A stretch of 64,000 nucleotides of DNA, taken from IMG/VR virus record IMGVR_UViG_3300000255_000001; one strand, given 5' to 3'. A program made the position numbers and the translations under genes. The notes beneath the pieces are model-generated. The model had not been told where the DNA came from, did no database searches, and saw nothing but the letters and a program-made list of their open reading frames with translations. Shown one piece after another: positions 55,431-64,000 of this stretch. The first letter of the stretch is position 1. Each line of letters starts with the position of its first letter. This DNA comes from an uncultured virus (IMG/VR IMGVR_UViG_3300000255_000001) (taxonomy: Duplodnaviria; Heunggongvirae; Uroviricota; Caudoviricetes).

Positions 55431-56100
55431 TGATAATTTTTAATAATTTTGGTGGAGTTATTTGTATGTATCTGTTTACTAATTTTTCTATTGCTTCTGT
55501 ATGAGCATCAGTTAAAGGATGATCTATTATTGTTTCTATTTCTCCAATATATTTTTCTGGAGCCTGAAAAATTGAATTATAATTAAAAAGATTATCTATT
55601 TTATCAAATTCTCTAATAATTTTTAATTGTTTTTCTTTATATATTATTTTTTCATTTTTAATGACTTTGTGGTTAATATTATCATGAGTTCTAAAAGGCA
55701 CATTTCCCTTTTCATAACATGCTCTTGTTCTAGCTTTATTAGACATTAATAAAAATATATTAGTAGTATGTTTAGAAGAAAGTCTTGCCAAATTTTGTAT
55801 ATTTCCAAATGCCACTGGTGTTGTTCTATTTTCTTCAGGTCCATGCATGTTTATCCACCATGCTGTGCAATATGGATTTTCTTTATATACATTTTCATGA
55901 AATATCCATCCAGCCAGGGGTTGATTTTTTTCATTACGAATTGTGCAATAATTATCTTTTAATTTTTTCGGAAAACATGCTAATGCGGTAGGAAGTAGTG
56001 TATAGTCATGAGCTAGTGCTAATAACCAACTAACAATAACACCTCCTGATCCAGGAAAATAAAAGATAGAATATTTGAGTTTATCTCTGTCTGACGACAT
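55408..56100 (-). CDS. hypothetical protein
   Basis: IFYFPGSGG N-terminal loop (P-loop/sulfotransferase-like, weak). Confidence 0.55.
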   Translation of the reverse strand: MSSDRDKLKYSIFYFPGSGGVIVSWLLALAHDYTLLPTALACFPKKLKDNYCTIRNEKNQPLAGWIFHENVYKENPYCTAWWINMHGPEENRTTPVAFGNIQNLARLSSKHTTNIFLLMSNKARTRACYEKGNVPFRTHDNINHKVIKNEKIIYKEKQLKIIREFDKIDNLFNYNSIFQAPEKYIGEIETIIDHPLTDAHTEAIEKLVNRYIQITPPKLLKIINDENKLS

Positions 56101-56106
56101 TTAAAA

Positions 56107-57294
56107 TTAGTCTTCTTGTAATTCTTCTAGTAATACAGTTATATTTAATGAAAATGTTTGTGGACCATCTCTATTTTCGGTTATGCGATCCACTTTGAAT
56201 ACAACTTTGTCACCTGGCTTTTTTTGAGTAAACCAGATAAAGAAATCATATGTTGTATTAATTGGCACATCATCAGCATATGTGATAATGTCTTCTGGTA
56301 ATAAGTCTGAACGACTTGCTGGCGATTCGTCTGATAGTTCATCAACAATAATACCTATATCATCACCTGGCCGGTTTCTCACAGACATACCCATACGTGG
56401 ACGTCTTACACGTTTATATACGCGCAATTCTTCAACAACGTGTTTTGCTAGATCACTTCTAACTGCGAAATTAAGACCTGAATCTACAGGATTGCCTTCT
56501 TCTGATTGACCAATTAACATTACATTAACACCAACAACTTCACCATGCATATTAAACAACGGACCACCGCTGTTGCCTGGATTTACTGAAGTGTCAGTTT
56601 GGATTAACCATTGCCATGGTGAAGAAATACGTCTGCGTGGATGACTCAATATGCCTTCAGTTACTGTCCAATATAAACCATGTGGATGTCCAATAGCAAA
56701 TAGTTTTTCGCCTAGTGTCCAATTATCTGTATTAGTAAATTTTAATGGTTCAATTGCGTTAGAATTTTCATCAGGATCGATAATTTCTAGTATGGCAAGA
56801 TCTGTTTTTTCATCAAATGCTATAACTCTTGCTTTATACTGTTTATATTTGAATGAATATAATGTAATAATATATTCATCTGCAACACCTTTTTCAATAA
56901 CATGGTGATTTGTTAAAATAACATTCTTACTAACAAAAAACCCAGTTCCTTGCCCCATAGGTGATAAATGGTTATTTATTTTTGTAAATTTAAGTGATCC
57001 TTCTTCTAGAAATTCATCTACTGAGTTATCATCTTCGGGAGTTTTTTCTTCTGGTTTAGGTGTGGTTCGTTCAACAGAGCCTGGTGCGGCTTCTTTTACA
57101 CCCATTGATGTAATTATTACAACACTATTAATAACTTGTGGTACTAATTGTTCAGTTGTTTGATAACTTTGTGAAGTTAAATTAGTATTAGCTGCCCAGG
57201 ACCATGTAGCGTTACGGTCACCAGCACTAGACACGGAACCAAAAAATAACAAACTTGCTCCGATAATAGAATTGGCAATAGCGCGTAATAGCAT
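56107..57294 (-). CDS. HtrA/DegP-family serine protease with PDZ domain
   Basis: GTGFF, LTNHHV, DLAIL, IQTDTSVNPGNSGGPL, PDZ; signal peptide. Confidence 0.95.
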   Translation of the reverse strand: MLLRAIANSIIGASLLFFGSVSSAGDRNATWSWAANTNLTSQSYQTTEQLVPQVINSVVIITSMGVKEAAPGSVERTTPKPEEKTPEDDNSVDEFLEEGSLKFTKINNHLSPMGQGTGFFVSKNVILTNHHVIEKGVADEYIITLYSFKYKQYKARVIAFDEKTDLAILEIIDPDENSNAIEPLKFTNTDNWTLGEKLFAIGHPHGLYWTVTEGILSHPRRRISSPWQWLIQTDTSVNPGNSGGPLFNMHGEVVGVNVMLIGQSEEGNPVDSGLNFAVRSDLAKHVVEELRVYKRVRRPRMGMSVRNRPGDDIGIIVDELSDESPASRSDLLPEDIITYADDVPINTTYDFFIWFTQKKPGDKVVFKVDRITENRDGPQTFSLNITVLLEELQED

Positions 57295-57387
57295 ATAAAA
57301 GCTCCCTTCTATATTTATTTACACTAAATCATACAGGTATTAAACTACGTGGTTAAATAATTCATGTATTTTTTAATAAATATGATT

Positions 57388-58938
57388 ATGGCAAAACAAG
57401 TAATCAATATTGGTGCGTTAGCAAATGATGGCACTGGCGATACGCTAAGAGCGGCATTTGATAAAGTTAATGATAATTTTTCTGAAGCATATCTTTTTGA
57501 TGTTAACCAATTATCCGATGTAGATACATCTGCTAATGGTGGTTTGGCGAATGGTAAAGTACTTGCCTATGATAGTTCATCTGGTAAATTTGAACCATCC
57601 TCATTAGTTTACGCTTCTAATTTAACTGACTTAGCAGATGTAGTAATTACAGCAGGCGCCGCAGGCGAAGTAATAAGACACAATGGTACCAATTGGGTAG
57701 ATGCAGTATTAACAACTTCAGATGTTAATGAAGGTACTAATCTCTATTATACAGATGCAAGAGCAGATGCAAGAGCACAATTAAAGATAACTACTTTAAT
57801 TGATGGTGCTCCCGCCGCATTAGATACACTAAATGAACTAGCCGCCGCAGTTAATGATGATGCTGGTTATGCCGCAACAATAACATCAGCATTAGCAGGC
57901 AAAGAGTCAACAATTACAGCAGGATCCATAGCACAATACTGGAGAGGCGACAAATCCTTTCAACCATTAGACACAAGTAATGTAACAGAAAACACAAACC
58001 TTTATTATACAAATGTACGAGCAGACGCTCGCATTGCCGCCGCTAATATTGGTGATTTAAATAATGTAAACACAGCAGGTGTAGGTGCTAATAAGGCATT
58101 GAAATATAATAGTGGCACTAGTGTATTTGAAGTAGTTGATTATACATTAGCTGCATTAACTGATGTTACTATTACTTCCGCCGCCAGTGGTGATATTTTA
58201 AAACATAATGGTAGTGCTTGGGTTGACGTAGTATTAGACAGTAGTATTGTTCCAGAAAACACTAATTTATATCACACTAGTGCTAGAGCAGACGCTAGAG
58301 CAGATGTTCGTATTGCCGCATCAAGTGTTAATGCATTAAATGACGTTACTATTACAAGTGTAGCAAATAATCAATTATTACAATATAATTCAGGCAGTAG
58401 TCAATGGGTTAACGTTGCACAAGCATTGGGTGGAGGTGGTGTATCAGTAACAACAGAAAGTTTTAGTGGAAATAGTGTTCTAACAGCTTTTACTTTGACA
58501 ACATCTGGTGTTAGTACTAATAACCTTATTGTTAGTGTTAGTGGTGTTGTTCAAAGACCTGTAGGAGCCTATTCTGTAAGTGGACAAACTTTAACATTTA
58601 CTGCCGCTCCTCCAACCGGAACAGATAATATTGAAGTAAGATGTCTTGCAACAGGTGAACCAGGATTTTTAGTTATTACCGCGTCACAAGCTGTTGTAAC
58701 CGCTGGTAGATATGCTGTAGATACTGTTGGTGGTATTGTCACATGCACATTGCCAGGATCGCCAGCTGCTGGTGATGCTATATATTTTGTGGATGCTGGT
58801 GGTGCATATGCAACTAATAATTTAACTATTGCTCGTAATGGTAATACAATTAATGGCGTTGCTTCAAACCATGTAATTAGTACTAATGGGCAGTCAACTG
58901 GCTTCGTTTATAACGGAGCAACTTGGCGTACGTACTAA
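57388..58938 (+). CDS. tail fiber / baseplate-associated structural protein
   Basis: gp9/gp10-like N-terminus KQVINIG..ANDGTGDTLR; LDTLNELAAA; LxDV repeats. Confidence 0.8.
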   Translation: MAKQVINIGALANDGTGDTLRAAFDKVNDNFSEAYLFDVNQLSDVDTSANGGLANGKVLAYDSSSGKFEPSSLVYASNLTDLADVVITAGAAGEVIRHNGTNWVDAVLTTSDVNEGTNLYYTDARADARAQLKITTLIDGAPAALDTLNELAAAVNDDAGYAATITSALAGKESTITAGSIAQYWRGDKSFQPLDTSNVTENTNLYYTNVRADARIAAANIGDLNNVNTAGVGANKALKYNSGTSVFEVVDYTLAALTDVTITSAASGDILKHNGSAWVDVVLDSSIVPENTNLYHTSARADARADVRIAASSVNALNDVTITSVANNQLLQYNSGSSQWVNVAQALGGGGVSVTTESFSGNSVLTAFTLTTSGVSTNNLIVSVSGVVQRPVGAYSVSGQTLTFTAAPPTGTDNIEVRCLATGEPGFLVITASQAVVTAGRYAVDTVGGIVTCTLPGSPAAGDAIYFVDAGGAYATNNLTIARNGNTINGVASNHVISTNGQSTGFVYNGATWRTY

Positions 58939-59115
58939 GTGGTATCATTTGAATTATTAGTACATTTCTCATGTCAAAAATGTTCAGCATGGTGGTCTAT
59001 CGCTACAGAGTCTGGCAAAGAAGATTTTTTTAAAGAAAAAGATTGGTATTGTCCTTGGTGCGGACATATTAATAACTACAGTAACGAACCTACTCCAGAT
59101 AGTATAAATACTTAA
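58939..59115 (+). CDS. 58-aa zinc-finger protein
   Basis: HFSCQKCSAWWS...WYCPWCGH. Confidence 0.6.
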   Translation: MVSFELLVHFSCQKCSAWWSIATESGKEDFFKEKDWYCPWCGHINNYSNEPTPDSINT

Positions 59116-59139
59116 TAATACAATTATTTGGAGAAAATA

Positions 59140-59415
59140 ATGGCTAGACAAGCAATTGGAATTGGCAGTACTGCTAATGACGGTACCGGTGATCCACTAC
59201 GTACGGCATTTGATAAAGCAAATGATAACTTTTTAGAGTTATACATGCTACAAGCAGATGGCGCAACAGCAGTAGCGGCACCAGCCACAGCAGTAGGTGC
59301 TACCGGCGATTACGCAGGTAAAACAGCATATGATACAAGTTATTTTTATGTTTGTTTTGCGGCATATGATGGTGCAACAAGCATTTGGCGTAGATCAGCA
59401 CACGCATCTTGGTAA
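59140..59415 (+). CDS. small baseplate-associated protein
   Basis: ANDGTGDPLRTAFDKANDNF; YFYVC...IWRR. Confidence 0.8.
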   Translation: MARQAIGIGSTANDGTGDPLRTAFDKANDNFLELYMLQADGATAVAAPATAVGATGDYAGKTAYDTSYFYVCFAAYDGATSIWRRSAHASW

Positions 59416-59420
59416 AATAA

Positions 59421-60494
59421 ATGGCCGCACCATATTGGGTAACTACGGCTGGAGATCTTGGAATTATCCAAGAAATGGAGTTTTATTCACTTCAGTTAAC
59501 TGGGCGAGATCCTGAAGAAAGCTCAAATAATACTGGATTAACATTTAAGTTAATTGCCGGTAAATTACCTGGCGGCGTAGCATTAGCACCAACTGGACTT
59601 ATTGATGGAATACCTACACAACGTAGTTTATTAAAAGGTGTTCCATACGAAGTTGCTAATAATGTTACAAGCACTTTTGTTATTAGAATAACTGATGCTG
59701 AATCTTTATTAGCCGATAGAACTTTTAGTTTAACTGTTGCTGGTCCTGACGCGCCAATTTGGTCTACGGCGGCAGGAAAATTAGCAGATGTTCATGATGG
59801 GCAAGAAATTATTACAACATTGGCGGCAACTGACTCAGATTTAGATGTGTTGACTTATAGTATACATTCAGGTAGTTTACCAGCTGGTTTAATTATGAGC
59901 ACAACTGGTGTAATAACTGGACGAATTTCTAAAATAACAGTATCACAAGATTTTAACTTTGTTATTAGAGTAACTGATGGTAATACTAATGTAGATAGAC
60001 AGTTCAGTTATAGAGTACATGCTCTTGCTAAAGCGAGAGTTGACACTCATCAAGACATATTTGGTGATAATATTACATGTGATAGTACTAGTACAATGTG
60101 GCTGTGTGACAATTATCTTTTTGCTAGACCATATATGACAAAGCCAGCAGGATCAGTTGGTACAATTAGGCATAGTAATTTTTATATTGAATTGTTTGAA
60201 GGGAAATTATTAGAAGACCTACCTTTAATTAGTTTTGAGCAAAGTGGTAATCTACCACAAGGTACAACATTTGATGGTGTATATGAAACTAATGCTAATG
60301 ACGGTGTTGGTTCGTGTATTATATATGGCACTATACCACATACAACAGCATCTTCTACAACATATACTTTTTCAATTAGAGCAAAAAATCTTGATGAAGA
60401 TTTTTATTATAAAGATTTAACAATTTATGGTGACTGGATTGAGTATACTTTGACTGTGCGAGGCGCGGCAGATACTGAGGTCACTTGGGGTTAA
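59421..60494 (+). CDS. virion protein with Ig-like repeats
   Basis: P.W.T.AG.L, G.LP.GL.....G.I.G, F.IR.TD repeats. Confidence 0.8.
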   Translation: MAAPYWVTTAGDLGIIQEMEFYSLQLTGRDPEESSNNTGLTFKLIAGKLPGGVALAPTGLIDGIPTQRSLLKGVPYEVANNVTSTFVIRITDAESLLADRTFSLTVAGPDAPIWSTAAGKLADVHDGQEIITTLAATDSDLDVLTYSIHSGSLPAGLIMSTTGVITGRISKITVSQDFNFVIRVTDGNTNVDRQFSYRVHALAKARVDTHQDIFGDNITCDSTSTMWLCDNYLFARPYMTKPAGSVGTIRHSNFYIELFEGKLLEDLPLISFEQSGNLPQGTTFDGVYETNANDGVGSCIIYGTIPHTTASSTTYTFSIRAKNLDEDFYYKDLTIYGDWIEYTLTVRGAADTEVTWG

Positions 60495-60496
60495 TT

Positions 60497-62500
60497 ATGG
60501 CATATACAAGTTTAGGAACAATAAATGCAGGCAAATCTTGTAAGTTAAAAATTAACGCAACAGCACCTGATGGTTCAGCACTATTCATTAGAATGAAGCG
60601 ATCAAAAGATGCTGGTGAACTTCCACAAGGCTTAAGAGTATCGCAAGATGGCTCAATATTAGGACGAACTACTTTTCGTAATAATACAATGTTTGATCAA
60701 GCAACCACAACGTTTGTAGATACAGATTCTACTGCTATAACATCGTGGGATAGTAACTATGAATTTATAGTAGAAGCATATAGTGCAATTGGCCCATTAA
60801 CAAGTATTGTTGTACTTAATGGTGGAACCGGCTATACGTCAGCACCTACTGTAACTATTGCTGGCGGTGGCGGTGGGCAAGCAACAGCAACTTGTACCGT
60901 ATCTGGTGGTGCTGTTAATGCGATTACAGTAACGGCGGGAGGCGACAACTATACACATGAACCAACTATTACTTTTACTGGTGGCGGCGGCTCTGGTGCA
61001 ATTGGTCGTGGTGACATTGCTGGTGGATTGGGTATAAGTTCATTTAAAAATTATTCAATTACAGTTAAATCATTAGCATTTAAACCATGGCAGAATTTAT
61101 ATTGTGTTGCTAAACCTAGTTTAGCAAATAGAGCAAATTGGGAAGATTTTACATCAGATTTTAACACATTTGATCAGGCATCATTATATAGAAAAAATGA
61201 TGATCAGTTTGGTTTACAACGTGATATTAAAATACTTGTCAAATCAGGATTAAATCCAAAATATCTTAAAGATTATATGACAATAATGGAAAAGTATCAT
61301 TATACTAAACAATTACGTTTTGGAGATCTTAAAAGTGCGCGATCTTATGTAAATGGCAAAGTAGAATATGAAGTTATATATTATGAAATAATAGAAATCA
61401 GTTCTTCAACAGATACTTTGTTAGATTTAAATACAAGTAGCATACATGATTTTGCCCCAGTATTTGCATCTAGTGAAAAAATACGAGCTAGTATAACAGA
61501 TGGGCCCGGCCTGCCAGATTATACAGTAGATATGACAACTTGGGACAAGGCGTATGATATCTATCCAAATAGTTTTAAAAATATGAGAGCAACTTTAAAA
61601 ACAAATGTTGGCGAAGTAGTAAGCGAAGCAAAATCATTACCTAGTTGGATGTCAACTGAACAAACAGATGGTAGTATTTTACAACATAAATTAGCAGTAC
61701 CATTGGTGTATGTAGAACCAGGTAATGCAGAGCGTATTAAATTTTTAATTAACCGATCCAAATTTAATCCAAATAAATTTTTATTTGAGGTTGACAGATA
61801 TGAGTGGGATACTGATTTAACACAATCGTTTAATATAGATACTGGTTATTATGCCGCAAGGAAAGAAACAACTTTTGATTCATTAACAACTACAATTGAT
61901 AATAAAGATATGAAGTTTATAGATGCTATACAAACAATTACAGGTGATGGCTCTACAAAGAAATTTACATTAAATCATTATGTAAATCATTCTGCTGAGA
62001 TACATGTTACAAATCCAGGATTTAGTGGTGATATTTCTGGTGCCACACAAGCTAATCCTGTAGTAATTACTACAATCACGGCACATAATTTAATTGATAG
62101 TACAAAAGTACAAATTGTCAATTTGCCAGGTTATGGTTATTCATATGATGAATTTATATATGATTTAGGAAGTATGCCTGAATTGAATGGTAATATATAT
62201 TATGTAGATGTTATTGATTCAACATCATTTGCTTTATATACAGACGTAGCATTAGCAACTGCGGTAGATGGTACAGGGTATACAGCATATACGTCGGGTG
62301 GACAATTTATAGGTACAGATCTATTATTAACACCAGTTAAAGATTATGTGGCGCAATTTAACCAAATAGAGTATACTACAATACCATTAAATAACGTAAA
62401 ATATCACGTGATTTATAGAAAGTATGCACCGAGAACATATTCAAAAGTTGGAGAAAACGATAAATACTTGAAATTCCCACAGACAGGAGTGTATGAATAA
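60497..62500 (+). CDS. baseplate/tail structural protein
   Basis: GGTGYTSAPTVTI repeats; FEVDRY; ATQANPVVIT module. Confidence 0.8.
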   Translation: MAYTSLGTINAGKSCKLKINATAPDGSALFIRMKRSKDAGELPQGLRVSQDGSILGRTTFRNNTMFDQATTTFVDTDSTAITSWDSNYEFIVEAYSAIGPLTSIVVLNGGTGYTSAPTVTIAGGGGGQATATCTVSGGAVNAITVTAGGDNYTHEPTITFTGGGGSGAIGRGDIAGGLGISSFKNYSITVKSLAFKPWQNLYCVAKPSLANRANWEDFTSDFNTFDQASLYRKNDDQFGLQRDIKILVKSGLNPKYLKDYMTIMEKYHYTKQLRFGDLKSARSYVNGKVEYEVIYYEIIEISSSTDTLLDLNTSSIHDFAPVFASSEKIRASITDGPGLPDYTVDMTTWDKAYDIYPNSFKNMRATLKTNVGEVVSEAKSLPSWMSTEQTDGSILQHKLAVPLVYVEPGNAERIKFLINRSKFNPNKFLFEVDRYEWDTDLTQSFNIDTGYYAARKETTFDSLTTTIDNKDMKFIDAIQTITGDGSTKKFTLNHYVNHSAEIHVTNPGFSGDISGATQANPVVITTITAHNLIDSTKVQIVNLPGYGYSYDEFIYDLGSMPELNGNIYYVDVIDSTSFALYTDVALATAVDGTGYTAYTSGGQFIGTDLLLTPVKDYVAQFNQIEYTTIPLNNVKYHVIYRKYAPRTYSKVGENDKYLKFPQTGVYE

Positions 62501-64000
62501 ATGGCAAGTTCAATAAACCCTAGTAATATTGACGGAACATATCCAGTAGCTGGTCAAGATAATGACAGTCAAGGATTTAGAGACAATTTTACAAATATAA
62601 AAACAAATTTTACGGCGGCAAAGACGGAAATAGAGACGTTACAAACGTCTTCAGTTACGTTAAGTGCAACGAACGATTTTAACTTTACTGGTACAATCAG
62701 TGAAGCATTAATGAAAAATAATGCCGATGTAGTAAATGCATTAGGCACAGTTGGTGGCGCTGTAACATTAGACCACGCAACAGCAATAATCCATACTGCT
62801 ACATTAAATGCAAGCGGCACATTAGCATTTAGTAACTGGCCAGCGTCAGGAAAAGGTGGCAGAATGCGTTTTATTGTTACAATTGCTAATGTAGCACATA
62901 CGCTAACCTTGCCGTCGGCTGTTACATTAGGTGCAACGACTGTCCAAGGGATTAGTTCACTAGTAATTACTTTTCCAGCAACTGGAACATACATTTACGA
63001 TTTTAGTTCAATAGATGGTGGCACAATTGTGCTAGTAGAAGATAAAACACAGAGTGATTCAGCACTAGGTAACTTGCAAGTTTCAGGTAATGCAATTAGT
63101 GCTATTAATACAAACGGTGGTATTACACTTACTCCAAACGGAACCGGTGTAGTTGCTACAGATAATTTAAGTTTTGATGCTGGTACAGTTGCCACAACAA
63201 ACACCAATGGTAATTTAACACTAGCACCAAATGGTACAGGTACAGTTGATTTAAGTGGCGCAACAGCGACTATTTCAACATCAACTACTGACCAAGCATT
63301 AGCACTTGCACCAAATGGTACAGGCACAGTAACGGTTCCAGCAGGTTATAAGGACCGTGCAGGACATGGTGCCAACTCCCTGACGACAAAGCAATACGTA
63401 GATGCTACTGTCGCAGGTGGGTCAATTGCAAATATTCCTTTGCGCCATGGTGTCACTATCGGAATGATGGGTGCTACGGTAGCAAATCCAGTAGTAATTA
63501 CAACATCTGATGGTTCAACAAGAAGTATAACAGCTGCTACACAAGCAAATCCAGTAGTAATAACAGCAGGCACTCACAACTTGTCAGATAGAGATAGAGT
63601 TCAAATCACAAGCGTTGTAGGTATGACACAACTAAATGATCTTGATTTTTACGTTGATGTTCTTAATTCTACTACGTTTGCTTTGTATACTGATATCTGG
63701 TTATCAAATGGTATTAATGGTACTGGTTATGGTGCATACATCTCAGGCGGTGAAGTTGACAAATTCCAAGAATATGATCTAGACGATGGTGCCAAGATTT
63801 CGATTGCCGGTGTTGTAGGTATGACAGAACTGAATAGTAACACGTACTATGCCAAACGGGTAACATCAACAACGTTTCAACTATACACTGATTTAGGATT
63901 AACAACAACTGCCGATGGCTCAGCGTTTACAGCATACACATCAGGTGGTGTAATATCATTACAAGAACAAATTGATACAGGCGATACACTTACAATTTCA
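62501..64000 (+). CDS. 3'-truncated tail structural protein
   Basis: MASSINPSNIDGTYPVAGQDNDSQGFRDNF; L.L.PNGTG repeats; ANPVVIT/VGMTxLN modules; open to the window end. Confidence 0.85.
   Translation, partial: MASSINPSNIDGTYPVAGQDNDSQGFRDNFTNIKTNFTAAKTEIETLQTSSVTLSATNDFNFTGTISEALMKNNADVVNALGTVGGAVTLDHATAIIHTATLNASGTLAFSNWPASGKGGRMRFIVTIANVAHTLTLPSAVTLGATTVQGISSLVITFPATGTYIYDFSSIDGGTIVLVEDKTQSDSALGNLQVSGNAISAINTNGGITLTPNGTGVVATDNLSFDAGTVATTNTNGNLTLAPNGTGTVDLSGATATISTSTTDQALALAPNGTGTVTVPAGYKDRAGHGANSLTTKQYVDATVAGGSIANIPLRHGVTIGMMGATVANPVVITTSDGSTRSITAATQANPVVITAGTHNLSDRDRVQITSVVGMTQLNDLDFYVDVLNSTTFALYTDIWLSNGINGTGYGAYISGGEVDKFQEYDLDDGAKISIAGVVGMTELNSNTYYAKRVTSTTFQLYTDLGLTTTADGSAFTAYTSGGVISLQEQIDTGDTLTIS

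Noticed and set aside
1..64000. Stop-codon reassignment
   Set aside because: Conserved long genes are intact in code 11, and TAG and TGA end genes at sensible positions.
1..64000. CRISPR array, DGR/retron, rRNA, integrase or transposase
   Set aside because: No repeat-spacer array, reverse transcriptase, rRNA or recombinase motifs were seen.

Overview
AT-rich, gene-dense segment of a large T4-like (jumbo-type) myovirus genome, probably infecting an aquatic proteobacterium (inferred from the pilin, 17-kDa-antigen-like lipoprotein, PrkA/YeaH/SpoVR and EF-G types). It has both sigma70 (TTGACA-17-TATAAT) and T4-late-like (TAAATA) promoters. Contents: many accessory modification enzymes (3 radical SAM, 2 SET, GNAT, PP-loop, 2OG-Fe oxygenases, methyltransferases, amidinotransferase, glycosyltransferase-like paralogs); a prkA-[HNH]-yeaH-spoVR operon followed by a full-length EF-G; DNA ligase; PRPP synthetase; a SpeD homolog; two IscA/HesB proteins; glutathione peroxidase; HtrA; host-envelope proteins (pilin, beta-barrel, lipoprotein, MscS-like, surface glycoside hydrolase); 14 intact tRNAs plus one Gly/Ser chimera; 3 HNH endonucleases; and the start of a baseplate/tail module. 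The best candidate for an undescribed system is a phage translation-control kit: an unannotated 51-aa ArfA-like peptide, EF-G, a UAU-anticodon tRNA-Ile and pervasive leaderless gene starts (TAAATA-N5-ATG), next to the AAA+/vWA/peptidase-like PrkA-YeaH-SpoVR triad. All family assignments come from motif recognition by eye; no searches were run.
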